From positions 35,767 through 99,766 of IMG/VR virus record IMGVR_UViG_3300032235_000653: DNA of 64,000 nucleotides; one strand, 5' to 3'. The notes under the pieces are model-generated. The model did not search any database. It worked only from the letters and a program-made list of their open reading frames with translations, and was not told the origin of the DNA. Positions within the stretch are counted from its first letter, which is position 1. Each line of letters opens with the position of its first letter. Position numbers and translations under genes: made by a program. Shown here piece by piece: positions 1 through 8,938 of this stretch. The stretch comes from a virus.

Positions 1-497
1 CTCGTTCTAGCTCGCGTTCGTTCGCTACTCCACGTAGCTGGACCTTCGTCAGTGAAATTCTTGAAGATGAAGACACTTCAGATTCTGAATTGATCGATTT
101 GGTTGCAGGTGCAGTTGGCGAAGGTGTTGCAGTTAAGTTTATGGCCCATCGCAAAGTTGCAGGGCAACTGCCTAAGCCTGCAGACATTTTGGCTGGCAAA
201 GTCACTGAACTCAAAGTGAAAGAGATCAGTGCCATGTATTCGCTGACTATTGCTATGTGCTATGAGCTCCAAGATGTTGCCAAGAAAGAAGGCGGCAAAC
301 CTTCCGCAGAATGGCATTCAATGAGCGACAACTTCTTTAAGTTCATGATGGATAATTTTACCACTGAGCTTACTGTTATGGGTGCTCGTGTTGCGTTGAC
401 TACTTACAACCTGCCCTTTGTTCCTGGCAAGTTGAAGAACTTCGACGAGTTCCATAAGCGTTTTGGTAAGTATATCGTGGCAGCTAGCCAGAAGTAA
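1..497 (+). CDS. MoxR-type AAA+ ATPase, C-terminal part (5' end outside window)
   Basis: The frame of ORF 90..497 stays open back to position 3 and reads RSSSRSFATPRSWTFVSEIL. FATPRSW is typical of phage MoxR-like AAA ATPases, and a VWA partner gene lies downstream. Confidence 0.8.
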   Translation, partial: RSSSRSFATPRSWTFVSEILEDEDTSDSELIDLVAGAVGEGVAVKFMAHRKVAGQLPKPADILAGKVTELKVKEISAMYSLTIAMCYELQDVAKKEGGKPSAEWHSMSDNFFKFMMDNFTTELTVMGARVALTTYNLPFVPGKLKNFDEFHKRFGKYIVAASQK

Positions 498-549
498 GTT
501 TAGGGGCAGAGATTTCAAACTCCTTTGACTCGTAAGTCCCCAATTTATT

Positions 550-843
550 ATGAAATTTAAAATCGAAAAGTTAGATGGAAGACATAAAGGCAATAGTTCC
601 TTTACTCATCGAGCTGTGGTTTTAGGATTAACTGCGGACAGGTTTATCGACTTTTTAACTCTCAGAGAGTGGTGCTGGAATACTTGGGGACCTAGCTGTG
701 AACGCGAAATTTATCTAAATTCTCATTATAATAAAGTTAGAAATAATCCTTGGGTGTGGCACTATAATGGTGATTATAGCGAGTGTTGTATCTACCTGAC
801 AGGATCCAAAGAATTAGAATTGTTTACCTTGAAATGGTTGTAA
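550..843 (+). CDS. small hypothetical protein, 'FxLKW' C-terminal family
   Basis: 97-aa ATG ORF, Trp-rich, ending ELELFTLKWL. Confidence 0.7.
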   Translation: MKFKIEKLDGRHKGNSSFTHRAVVLGLTADRFIDFLTLREWCWNTWGPSCEREIYLNSHYNKVRNNPWVWHYNGDYSECCIYLTGSKELELFTLKWL

Positions 844-852
844 AAATTGTTT

Positions 853-881
853 TTGACAATAAATCCAATTTCAAATATAAT
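853..881 (+). promoter_or_regulatory. sigma70-type early promoter
   Basis: Perfect TTGACA (853-858), 17 nt, TATAAT (876-881); AAGGAG SD precedes ATG 906. Confidence 0.85.
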
Positions 882-905
882 ATACGAATAAACAAGGAGT
901 ACTAA

Positions 906-2204
906 ATGGCTACTACATCAAGCGAAAAGAAAAGCGAACATAAACTTGCAGGTCAATTGACCGAGAATACAGACCCTCGCCTAGACGCCACAGTGCGTGA
1001 AAAACTTGTTACAGCCCGAATCGGTCTCCTTCTTCGTGCGCCCTTTTTCGGCAATCTTGCTACTCGCCTAAAATTGGTTAATGCAGATAGTTGGCTGGGC
1101 ACTGCGGCCACCGATGGTCGTAACTTTTATTACAATACTGAATTTGTAAACAAACTCAAACCCAAGGAAGTCGAGTTCCTTTTTGGACACGAAGTCCTAC
1201 ATAACGTATATGACCATATCGGCCGTACTGGCGATTTCCGTGACCGTCGCCTGTTTAACTGCGCCGCAGATTTTTGCGTAAACAGTGACCTTATCGAACA
1301 AAAGATTGGTGATAAGATTACTCCTTGCCTGTACGATCCAAAATACAAAGGTTGGAGTGCTGAAGAAGTCTACGACGACCTTTACGAAAAAGCAGAAAAA
1401 ATCGACATCAGTGACCTTCTTCAGCAAGTGTTGGACGAGCACATGGACGGAGACGAACAGTCCGACGGAGACGGTGAAGGCGAAGACGGCGATAAAAAAG
1501 GCAAAGGTCGTCCTCGCTTGAGCGAAGAAGAAAAGCGTCAGATCAAAGACGAAATTCGTGAAGCACTGTTGCAGGCTGCTCAGGCTGTGGGCACAGGAAA
1601 CTTGCCAGGTGGTGTTAAGCGTCTTATTAAAGATCTCACTAAACCCGTGGTGAACTGGCGTGAACTGTTGCAACAACAAATTCAAAGCACTGTAAAAGAT
1701 GACTTTAGCTGGATGCGTCCTAACCGTCGTGGCTGGCACATGGATGCTGTCATGCCAGGCATGAAGCCAGGTACTCAAATTGATGTCTGTGTTGCCATTG
1801 ACACTTCGGGTTCTATCAGCGAAAAAGACCTTAAAGACTTCTTGAGTGAAGTTAAAGGTATCATGGAGTCCTACGACGAGTATAAGATTCGTGTTATTAC
1901 ATGGGATACTTCAGTATATAACCCTGAAGAATTTACCAGTGACAATATGTCAGATATTACCAGCTATACTCCCGGTGGCGGTGGTGGTACTGATCCACAT
2001 TGTGTTTGGGAATGGCTCAAAGACAACGACATCGAGCCTAAGAAGTTGATTATGTTTACTGACTTCTGCTTCTTCGGCTGGGATCCTGCTAGTGTTCAAG
2101 ACTACTGTGACACTGTTTGGGTTATCAAAGGCAACAGAGATGCAGAACCTGAGTTTGGTGTTTGGGCTCATTACGAAGAGGCAAAAAAACATGCTCATGC
2201 ATAA
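906..2204 (+). CDS. HExxH putative metallopeptidase + VWA domain protein (DUF2201-like), MoxR partner
   Basis: TAATDG, HEVLH, an acidic linker, the VWA MIDAS motif DTSGS, GGGGTD and FTD. Confidence 0.85.
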   Translation: MATTSSEKKSEHKLAGQLTENTDPRLDATVREKLVTARIGLLLRAPFFGNLATRLKLVNADSWLGTAATDGRNFYYNTEFVNKLKPKEVEFLFGHEVLHNVYDHIGRTGDFRDRRLFNCAADFCVNSDLIEQKIGDKITPCLYDPKYKGWSAEEVYDDLYEKAEKIDISDLLQQVLDEHMDGDEQSDGDGEGEDGDKKGKGRPRLSEEEKRQIKDEIREALLQAAQAVGTGNLPGGVKRLIKDLTKPVVNWRELLQQQIQSTVKDDFSWMRPNRRGWHMDAVMPGMKPGTQIDVCVAIDTSGSISEKDLKDFLSEVKGIMESYDEYKIRVITWDTSVYNPEEFTSDNMSDITSYTPGGGGGTDPHCVWEWLKDNDIEPKKLIMFTDFCFFGWDPASVQDYCDTVWVIKGNRDAEPEFGVWAHYEEAKKHAHA

Positions 2205-2481
2205 AGATGTTACTACTGTCCACAAAGATATTGTTGAAAACATTTTAGATAAACTGGCAGATGATCTAGGAAAAGAAATTGACTTCAACATTATGGCAGA
2301 AGAGTTGTCCAGGTGCGGTTGGTCTAATGTAGATCTTCCGCCATTTGATAATCGATACAATCTCAATGACATCTTAGATTGGGCATATCATCATTGTCAG
2401 GGCGGATTTGAAACTTGTGGTGTGCGTTATATTTTTGAAGATCAAAAGGATGCTACAATGTTTGCGTTAAAATGGTTGTGA
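2191..2481 (+). CDS. small hypothetical protein, 'FxLKW' family
   Basis: Likely start at ATG 2191 or 2197, overlapping the end of the VWA gene; ends DATMFALKWL. Confidence 0.65.
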   Translation: MLMHKDVTTVHKDIVENILDKLADDLGKEIDFNIMAEELSRCGWSNVDLPPFDNRYNLNDILDWAYHHCQGGFETCGVRYIFEDQKDATMFALKWL

Positions 2482-2526
2482 CATCTTACGTAAGACTTAA
2501 ATATTTTTAGCTCATCAAAGGTATAT

Positions 2527-2823
2527 ATGAGTCACGAACAAGACAAACTTAAGAACAGTAAACGCAGATTTGAAGATGAGAATGCCGTAAAGAAACAGAC
2601 TAAGATTGCTAAAGAGCACGGTGCTCCTGTAAAAGAACCGCATCGGTTGCATAAAAAACATGCCATGGATTGTGGAAATCCAGAATGCTATCTCTGCGGC
2701 AATCCCAGAAAAACACATAAAGATAAGTTAACTATTCAAGAAAAAAGATTCTATCAGGACACAGATAAAGTCACTGACAGGCATAGTAACGGAATTTCTT
2801 CAAATGAAACGAATGAAAATTGA
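2527..2823 (+). CDS. basic hypothetical protein with Cys cluster (possible Zn binding)
   Basis: HAMDCGNPECYLCGNPRK; TAAATA at 2498-2503 upstream. Confidence 0.65.
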   Translation: MSHEQDKLKNSKRRFEDENAVKKQTKIAKEHGAPVKEPHRLHKKHAMDCGNPECYLCGNPRKTHKDKLTIQEKRFYQDTDKVTDRHSNGISSNETNEN

Positions 2824-2983
2824 TCTTCGAGACGTGATGGACGAAGATGAGTTTTACAGTAAAAATCATCGTGAAACAGACGACGACTTTTATAAGAAGT
2901 CAGATAAAAATTTAAACAATAAGAAATCGACTAAAAATCGACATGCTCAATATCGAGACGAAGACGACAAAGAGTTTCTATAA
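2813..2983 (+). CDS. small charged hypothetical protein (56 aa, not in ORF track)
   Basis: MKIDLRDVMDEDEFYSKNHRE...DEDDKEFL; fills the gap between co-oriented genes and overlaps the upstream stop; alternative ATG at 2804. Confidence 0.5.
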   Translation: MKIDLRDVMDEDEFYSKNHRETDDDFYKKSDKNLNNKKSTKNRHAQYRDEDDKEFL

Positions 2984-3003
2984 AATAACTTAGTGAGTAA
3001 ACT

Positions 3004-3231
3004 ATGAGCAAAAGAGTTGGACCTATTACCCTTGACAGTGACGCTGCGGATCGTATTACTTTGTTGAACTTAAAAGAGTATCGCGGCTTTCTTAAAAAAG
3101 AACTTAGAGATTGGAGGAAAAATCCTCTAACAGATGATAATCCCATGGGACGTTGGTTGCACCCCGAAGATGTCGCACTTAACATCCGTGTAATTGACGC
3201 ACTAACTACAGTTATTAAGCAATTCGAATGA
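3004..3231 (+). CDS. hypothetical protein
   Basis: 75-aa ORF with ATGA overlap to the next gene. Confidence 0.65.
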   Translation: MSKRVGPITLDSDAADRITLLNLKEYRGFLKKELRDWRKNPLTDDNPMGRWLHPEDVALNIRVIDALTTVIKQFE

Positions 3232-3695
3232 AGAAAATCTTTTACGAAAAGCAGGGTCGAAAATACGTTCCTGTATACGAGTATGATCAAAATCTACTAG
3301 ATGCCTTTCCCAAGGGCACACACATTGTTATGTGTTATCCAGGTGGGCAAAGTCGCAGATACAACATCGACCCCAACTATGCTGCATTAATTGCTGCCGG
3401 GCGTGTGGCAGAAGAGGCCATGACGAAAGCTATTCGCGAAGCCAGTGAGATGCGGCCCCAACGAGCAATGCTGACTGAAGGTCAGCACAAGGCATGGAAA
3501 AAATTGGCAAAAGAATTTGGGGACGATTTGGCCACACTGAGCATTAAAAGCGCACATGATATTGCCGAAGCTGGATTGGCTGCTCTCAATGAAGAAGCCG
3601 ATAAACTGATGAAAAACGCAAGTGTGCGCGAAGCTTATAATCAGTTCATTATGATGTGTGAACTTTGTAAAGAACACGATGCTGAAGTACGGTGA
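3228..3695 (+). CDS. hypothetical protein
   Basis: 155-aa ORF, translationally coupled to the upstream gene. Confidence 0.7.
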   Translation: MKKIFYEKQGRKYVPVYEYDQNLLDAFPKGTHIVMCYPGGQSRRYNIDPNYAALIAAGRVAEEAMTKAIREASEMRPQRAMLTEGQHKAWKKLAKEFGDDLATLSIKSAHDIAEAGLAALNEEADKLMKNASVREAYNQFIMMCELCKEHDAEVR

Positions 3696-3951
3696 AATTA
3701 ATCCTTTGAATGTGTTCGGACTCCGACGGATGGACCATTGTCCCCCACATTTCGAAAAAGTACATTTCGATTTACGCACCAGTGAAAAACATATCACTGA
3801 TTGGATTTATGAGCACCTAATTGGAAGATTTTGGTTTGGTGATTTTTACGACGATAAAAATACTTTGTGTAAATGTGCTGCTTTTGAAACCAAAAGCGAA
3901 GCCAGTTATTTTATGCTGATGATAGACTCTTTTAATGTTTATCAACAATAA
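3679..3951 (+). CDS. small hypothetical protein, possibly a distant 'FxLKW' family member
   Basis: Likely ATG 3679; ITDWIYEHL..RFW and AFETKSEASYFML pattern. Confidence 0.65.
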   Translation: MLKYGEINPLNVFGLRRMDHCPPHFEKVHFDLRTSEKHITDWIYEHLIGRFWFGDFYDDKNTLCKCAAFETKSEASYFMLMIDSFNVYQQ

Positions 3952-3980
3952 ACATATTCATACTTAGATCTAAAAATTTT

Positions 3981-4022
3981 CTCCGGTGATGTAACAGGTT
4001 AAATAACTTTATATCACCGGAG
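3981..4022 (+). promoter_or_regulatory. RBS-sequestering hairpin with a late-promoter-like TAAATA in its loop
   Basis: CTCCGGTGATGTAA (3981-3994) pairs with TTATATCACCGGAG (4009-4022). The loop holds TAAATA (4000-4005) and the 3' arm holds the GGAG SD of ATG 4028. Confidence 0.7.
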
Positions 4023-4027
4023 TAATA

Positions 4028-4234
4028 ATGACCACTGAATCTAAACAAGTTCAAGTTCCTTCTAAAGAACTTCTTACAATCTTATCTAGTATGCAATTGG
4101 CCAGCAGCCGTGGTGCATTCAGGCCTGAAGAATTTACAGAAATCGGATCTGCATATCAGGCATTATATGCTTTTTTAGTTGATCTGAATGTTATCGCGCC
4201 AGCGCCAGCCGCTACAGAAACACCCAATCAATAA
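4028..4234 (+). CDS. hypothetical protein
   Basis: 68 aa with GGAG SD; SSRGAFRPEE motif. Confidence 0.7.
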   Translation: MTTESKQVQVPSKELLTILSSMQLASSRGAFRPEEFTEIGSAYQALYAFLVDLNVIAPAPAATETPNQ

Positions 4235-4243
4235 GGATTTATT

Positions 4244-4930
4244 ATGATTAAACATGTAGGCAAACACAGTAACAAAAAATGTGTTATTTTATTTAAAACA
4301 GTACCAGGAGAAGAGCATATGTGTTTGGTCATATACCCTGATACATTACCCCGCCACATTCATGACGATGTAATGACTGCTCTAGAAAGCGAATCCGGGC
4401 AGCAAGCCAAAGAGTTCAGTGATTATCTATTTAGATATACACTAAAAGATGGCAACAATGCATTAGAAACTTTACACAAAGAAGGCATGATTAAAAAAGT
4501 GCCAACTAATCAGGTTATTGTTACACCTAATGCCAAAAGCACTGTACGTTTAGATGAACTTAATTCAATTTTATCAAAGTTGGCGCAAGGAGAAGATGCA
4601 GTTAAGGCATTAGCTGAATTAGACAAAAACTCAGGCATGGTAAACCAACGTCGAGTTCGCGAAGGATTGGAACCTGGCGAAGTGCGGGCACCGCGTGAAT
4701 CTCGCAGTACTCCTGCTCAGATTACAAACAACATAAGTATTAATGATGTGCTGTCAGACGAAGACCTTGCCACACAACGTCTAGCCCAAGCACAGAAGCT
4801 GCAATCGGACGCCAAAGCATTGTTAGCAGAAGCAGCTCGTTTGCAAGAAGAAGCATTAAAACTTAACGGTCCCGCAGCAAAAAATGGCACAACAAAATCC
4901 AAAAAAACAGTCAAAGCCAAAGAAGCTTAA
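4244..4930 (+). CDS. hypothetical phage protein with C-terminal coiled coil
   Basis: 228 aa, AAGGA SD. Confidence 0.75.
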   Translation: MIKHVGKHSNKKCVILFKTVPGEEHMCLVIYPDTLPRHIHDDVMTALESESGQQAKEFSDYLFRYTLKDGNNALETLHKEGMIKKVPTNQVIVTPNAKSTVRLDELNSILSKLAQGEDAVKALAELDKNSGMVNQRRVREGLEPGEVRAPRESRSTPAQITNNISINDVLSDEDLATQRLAQAQKLQSDAKALLAEAARLQEEALKLNGPAAKNGTTKSKKTVKAKEA

Positions 4931-5222
4931 TTTAAATTCAAAATCTATTTGGAAAAACATTCTTAAAGAAGTTGAAAAGAGGGAAGTACCTATACATGTT
5001 TTAGAAAAACTTATGGTACATCTTAAAGACGGTACTATGGTCACAGTTGATATTAAAAAACTGTTGGCCGAAGGTGCAGATCCCGACGAAATAGAACAAC
5101 ATGTTTCTAGTAGACTCGATGAATTAGATTTATATATAGACAACGTAGATTTTTTTGTAGACATCGATTTAGTAGAAAAAACAGTACAACCAGAAACAGA
5201 CAGGCTATTATCTAAACTATGA
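4884..5222 (+). CDS. hypothetical protein
   Basis: 112 aa, ATGA-coupled to DHFR. Confidence 0.7.
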   Translation: MAQQNPKKQSKPKKLNLNSKSIWKNILKEVEKREVPIHVLEKLMVHLKDGTMVTVDIKKLLAEGADPDEIEQHVSSRLDELDLYIDNVDFFVDIDLVEKTVQPETDRLLSKL

Positions 5223-5722
5223 TCAAGGCAATTTTTGCTGTAGATCACTGGGGAGGAATGGGGTTTAACGGTTCATTGCCGTGGCCTCATCATCCCGAAG
5301 ATTTACAATATTTCAAAGAACAAACCATGGGAGACATTGTCGTCATGGGAAGAAAAACATGGGATGATCCCAAAATGCCAAAACCGTTGCCTGGACGTAT
5401 AAATTACGTAGCAACAAATAAACCCATTTTTGGTTATGGCATTACTACTATCCGCGGAGATCTGCAGGAAAATATTCGTAAAATTCAAAATGTATATCCA
5501 AAAAAAACAATTTGGATTATCGGCGGGCCTGACATTTTGATGGAAACTCGAGATTTAGTAGATCAAGTTCATATTACTCATTTCAAAGGTCAGTTCAGAA
5601 CTGACCGGCAAATTGACTTAAAAAAATATTTAAGTTTATTCAGAGCTACCAGTGCTGCAACTAGTTTAGACAAAAAATGTTCCTGGATGACTTATAAAAA
5701 TATTGACATATTCCGTCAATAA
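5219..5722 (+). CDS. folA: dihydrofolate reductase
   Basis: GMGFNGSLPW, DLQYFK, VVMGRKTW, PLPGRIN, IIGG motifs. Confidence 0.95.
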   Translation: MIKAIFAVDHWGGMGFNGSLPWPHHPEDLQYFKEQTMGDIVVMGRKTWDDPKMPKPLPGRINYVATNKPIFGYGITTIRGDLQENIRKIQNVYPKKTIWIIGGPDILMETRDLVDQVHITHFKGQFRTDRQIDLKKYLSLFRATSAATSLDKKCSWMTYKNIDIFRQ

Positions 5723-5731
5723 AATTATACT
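5703..5731 (+). promoter_or_regulatory. sigma70-type promoter for thyA (possibly leaderless transcript)
   Basis: TTGACA (5703-5708), 17 nt, TATACT (5726-5731); 6 nt before ATG 5738 with no SD. Confidence 0.65.
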
Positions 5732-5737
5732 TGATGC

Positions 5738-6643
5738 ATGGAACAACAATACTTAGATGCATTAAAATATGTGCTAGAAAATGGCACTAACAAATCCGAT
5801 CGCACTGGCACTGGCACCATTAGCGTGTTTGGTATGCAACAACGCTACAACTTACAACACGGATTCCCTGCCGTAACAACTAAGAAGCTCGCATGGAAAT
5901 CTGTTGTGTCCGAATTGCTGTGGTTCATTGAAGGTTCGGGGGACGAAAAGCGGTTACGCGAGATATTACATGGTAGCACCGAGTCTAGCAAGACAACCAT
6001 CTGGTCTGCCAATGCCACAGCACCTTATTGGACTAATAGATATAAAAAATTCCCCCCACGTGGTCCACAATTTGAAGGCGACCTCGGTCGTGTATATGGT
6101 GTACAGTGGCGACATTGGCGCACCAGTGAGAAAAAATTAAATGATAATAACAACGATATTGTCAATGTTGAAGTAGATCAACTCTTAGAATTAATTAAGG
6201 GAATAAAAGCAGACCCTCACGGACGAAGACATATATTATCTGCATGGAATCCAGGTGAATTACAAGACATGGCCCTGCCACCGTGCCACTGCTTTGCTCA
6301 ATTTTATGTAGCAGATGGTAAACTAAGTTGCCAGATGTATCAAAGAAGTTGTGACATGTTTTTAGGTGTTCCCTTTAACATCGCGAGCTACAGTTTGTTA
6401 ACACACCTAGTGGCTCAAGTGTGCAATTTGGATGTTGGAGAGTTCGTTCACGTGCTGGGAGATGCACACATATATCTAAATCATGTAGAGCAGGTAAAAG
6501 AACAATTATCACGTGAACCATTGCCTGCCCCACAATTGTGGTTAAACCCAGACATCAATGATATCGATAAATTTACCATGGCCGATATTCAATTAGACAA
6601 CTATCAAAGTCATGGTACTATCAAAGCAGACATGGCTGTATGA
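5738..6643 (+). CDS. thyA: thymidylate synthase (ThyA type)
   Basis: DRTGTGT, ELLWF, YGVQWR, MALPPCH, YQRSCDMFLGVPFNIASY, GDAHIY. Confidence 0.97.
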   Translation: MEQQYLDALKYVLENGTNKSDRTGTGTISVFGMQQRYNLQHGFPAVTTKKLAWKSVVSELLWFIEGSGDEKRLREILHGSTESSKTTIWSANATAPYWTNRYKKFPPRGPQFEGDLGRVYGVQWRHWRTSEKKLNDNNNDIVNVEVDQLLELIKGIKADPHGRRHILSAWNPGELQDMALPPCHCFAQFYVADGKLSCQMYQRSCDMFLGVPFNIASYSLLTHLVAQVCNLDVGEFVHVLGDAHIYLNHVEQVKEQLSREPLPAPQLWLNPDINDIDKFTMADIQLDNYQSHGTIKADMAV

Positions 6644-6882
6644 AAGTAAAAGTACACGAGTTTACTATGAGTGATGTAGACGACTTTGCAATTTACGTCG
6701 CTGAACCTTTATATAATTGGGAAAAGAGCGAGCAAGGCCAGTGGGTTATGAATAATGCTGTCGGAGCACCTTCATGGCATTCGGGCTGGGATGCCAATAC
6801 TTTTCAAAATAAGGTAACCATTATAGCAGACTTGCAAGAAAAAGATCTAACATATTTTACATTGAAATGGGGCATTAGATGA
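6640..6882 (+). CDS. small hypothetical protein, 'FxLKW' family
   Basis: 80 aa, coupled on both sides; ends DLTYFTLKWGIR. Confidence 0.7.
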   Translation: MKVKVHEFTMSDVDDFAIYVAEPLYNWEKSEQGQWVMNNAVGAPSWHSGWDANTFQNKVTIIADLQEKDLTYFTLKWGIR

Positions 6883-7847
6883 GATTCATAGTAACAGGCG
6901 GTGTAGGATTTATCGGACATAATGTAGTAAGACAGTTAGAACAGTTAGGTCATGAATGTTTTATAATCGACTGCGTCACTGATTATGGTTTTGTATCAAA
7001 AGACGAATTAGCTTATTTGGTTAAAGCTCGTAAAAATAGAATTCGTAGTTCCGTACATCATATCGATATTAGAGATCATTCTAACTTAGAAACATTTTTT
7101 AAAACTTTTGGACATACCTGCGATGCTGTCATTCATTTAGCAAGTTTTCCTAGACAAAAAGTAGTCAATCAAAACCCAATTTGGGGCAGTGAAGTAATGA
7201 GTACTTCTTTGGTAAAACTATTAGAACTAACAAAAATTAGCCGAATCCCCAAATTTGTTTATATCAGCAGCAGTATGGTGTATGGAGACTTCACTGATCA
7301 AGTAACAGAGGACTTCAACTGTAAACCCCAAGGGCAGTACGGTATTATGAAATTAATGGGCGAATGGTTAGTTAAAGATTATTCGCGAAGAAAATGTTTT
7401 GATCATGTTATTATTCGACCCAGTGCTGTATACGGCGAGTATGATGTCGAGGATCGTGTGGTGTCTAAATTTATGTTATCCGCAATGAGAGGACAAACAC
7501 TTAAAGTCAATGGCGCTGGCGAAACATTAGATTTTACATATGTCGAAGATGCCGCAATGGGTATAGTACAGGCTGCATCGAGTAGTAATGCTATTAATAA
7601 GACATACAATATCACAAAAAGTCATAGTCATAGTCTACTAGATGCTGCAAATTTAGCAGTAAAAATTGCAGGCCGCGGGTCGATCGAATGTAAAGACAAA
7701 GATGCCGACTTTCCCTCAAGGGGTGCATTAAACATAGATGCAGCTCGCAATGATTTTGGCTTTGATCCCAAAGTAGATGTCGAAGAAGGATTTCGTCGAT
7801 ATCATAATTGGTTTTCTGAAAGTAAATTTTGGAAGTCAAAACTATAA
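6879..7847 (+). CDS. NAD-dependent NDP-sugar epimerase/dehydratase
   Basis: TGGVGFIG, HLAS, ISSSMVYG, YGIMK (YxxxK), DFTYVED. Confidence 0.92.
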   Translation: MRFIVTGGVGFIGHNVVRQLEQLGHECFIIDCVTDYGFVSKDELAYLVKARKNRIRSSVHHIDIRDHSNLETFFKTFGHTCDAVIHLASFPRQKVVNQNPIWGSEVMSTSLVKLLELTKISRIPKFVYISSSMVYGDFTDQVTEDFNCKPQGQYGIMKLMGEWLVKDYSRRKCFDHVIIRPSAVYGEYDVEDRVVSKFMLSAMRGQTLKVNGAGETLDFTYVEDAAMGIVQAASSSNAINKTYNITKSHSHSLLDAANLAVKIAGRGSIECKDKDADFPSRGALNIDAARNDFGFDPKVDVEEGFRRYHNWFSESKFWKSKL

Positions 7848-8938
7848 TTCCATTTTTTGGAGTAAAAAGGCAATACGCCAATTTACGAAAAGAAATACTG
7901 GATGTAGTGGACACTGTCTATAGTACAGGTCAAGTCTTAGACGGACATTACACTAAAGAGTTTGAAAAGCAAATTGCGAAAAGATGTCATCGCCGATATG
8001 CTGTTGCAGTTAATAGTTGCAGTCAAGGTTTGCTGTTTGCTCAACAAGTTTTGTTCTTAGAGAATACAAAAATTCTCATTCCCACTATTAGCTTTGTTTC
8101 TACTATTAACAGTGTATTGCTAAATGGCAATGAACCAGTGTTGTGTGACACGGATGATCAAGCGTTAATAAATTTAGAAAGCTTAGACTACGCTATTAAA
8201 GGGGCAGGGGTACAAGGTATTATGTATGTTAACCTGTTTGGCAATACAGTTGACTGGGACCGGTTTAAGATGACCACAGAATTCTTTAATCAAGATTTGA
8301 AAATCATCGAAGATGCGGCGCAGAGTTTTGGCGCTAGCTATAAAGGAATGCCCAGCGGAGCATTAGGTGATATCAGTGTATTAAGTTTTGACCCTACAAA
8401 AAATTTACCCAATTACGGTAGTGGCGGTATGATACTGACAGATGATTTAGAAATAGCCGCTTCTCTGAGAGATCTACGAGATAATGGCAAAACCAGAGGA
8501 CACGAAAACCCGGGCACTAACAGTAAAATGAGCGAAGCAGACTGTGCTCAGATGTTAGTTAAGCTTGAATATTTTAATGCCTGGCAATCTCGTCGAACAC
8601 AAATTGCAGAATATTATAACGCCGAACTAAACGATTGCGTTGACACACCTAAGACCACAGAAGGCACTGTTCATGCTTGGCACAAGTATGTAATTAAGCT
8701 GAATGATCGAAACGGATTAAAACATCATTTAGCAATTAAAGGAGTAGAAACTAAAGTACACTACGAAGCTCCGCTATACGAGCATCCAGTGGGATATCCT
8801 TACATTAACTATGCGTCAGAACTATATAGAGAAGCCAGCGCATTTTGCCAAGAGTGTTTAAGTTTGCCTATCTATCCTGAATTAACAGATTCTGAAGTTG
8901 AATCTATTGTAGAATCTGTTAAAGAATTTAATTCTTAA
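7829..8938 (+). CDS. DegT/DnrJ/EryC1/StrS family PLP-dependent sugar aminotransferase
   Basis: IIEDAAQSFGA, SFDPTKNL (PLP lysine), GGMILTDD, LSLPIYPEL; start codon uncertain. Confidence 0.92.
   Translation: MEVKTIIPFFGVKRQYANLRKEILDVVDTVYSTGQVLDGHYTKEFEKQIAKRCHRRYAVAVNSCSQGLLFAQQVLFLENTKILIPTISFVSTINSVLLNGNEPVLCDTDDQALINLESLDYAIKGAGVQGIMYVNLFGNTVDWDRFKMTTEFFNQDLKIIEDAAQSFGASYKGMPSGALGDISVLSFDPTKNLPNYGSGGMILTDDLEIAASLRDLRDNGKTRGHENPGTNSKMSEADCAQMLVKLEYFNAWQSRRTQIAEYYNAELNDCVDTPKTTEGTVHAWHKYVIKLNDRNGLKHHLAIKGVETKVHYEAPLYEHPVGYPYINYASELYREASAFCQECLSLPIYPELTDSEVESIVESVKEFNS

Noticed and set aside
503-541. Small structured element after the AAA ATPase (GGGG/CCCC enclosing GAG/CTC and GAC/GTC hairpins)
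   Set aside because: Stems are too short to distinguish from chance or from a weak terminator.
5738-6643. thyA as a dCMP hydroxymethylase feeding DNA hypermodification
   Set aside because: It keeps the dUMP-specifying Asn (PFNIASY) and sits beside DHFR, so it looks like a canonical thymidylate synthase.
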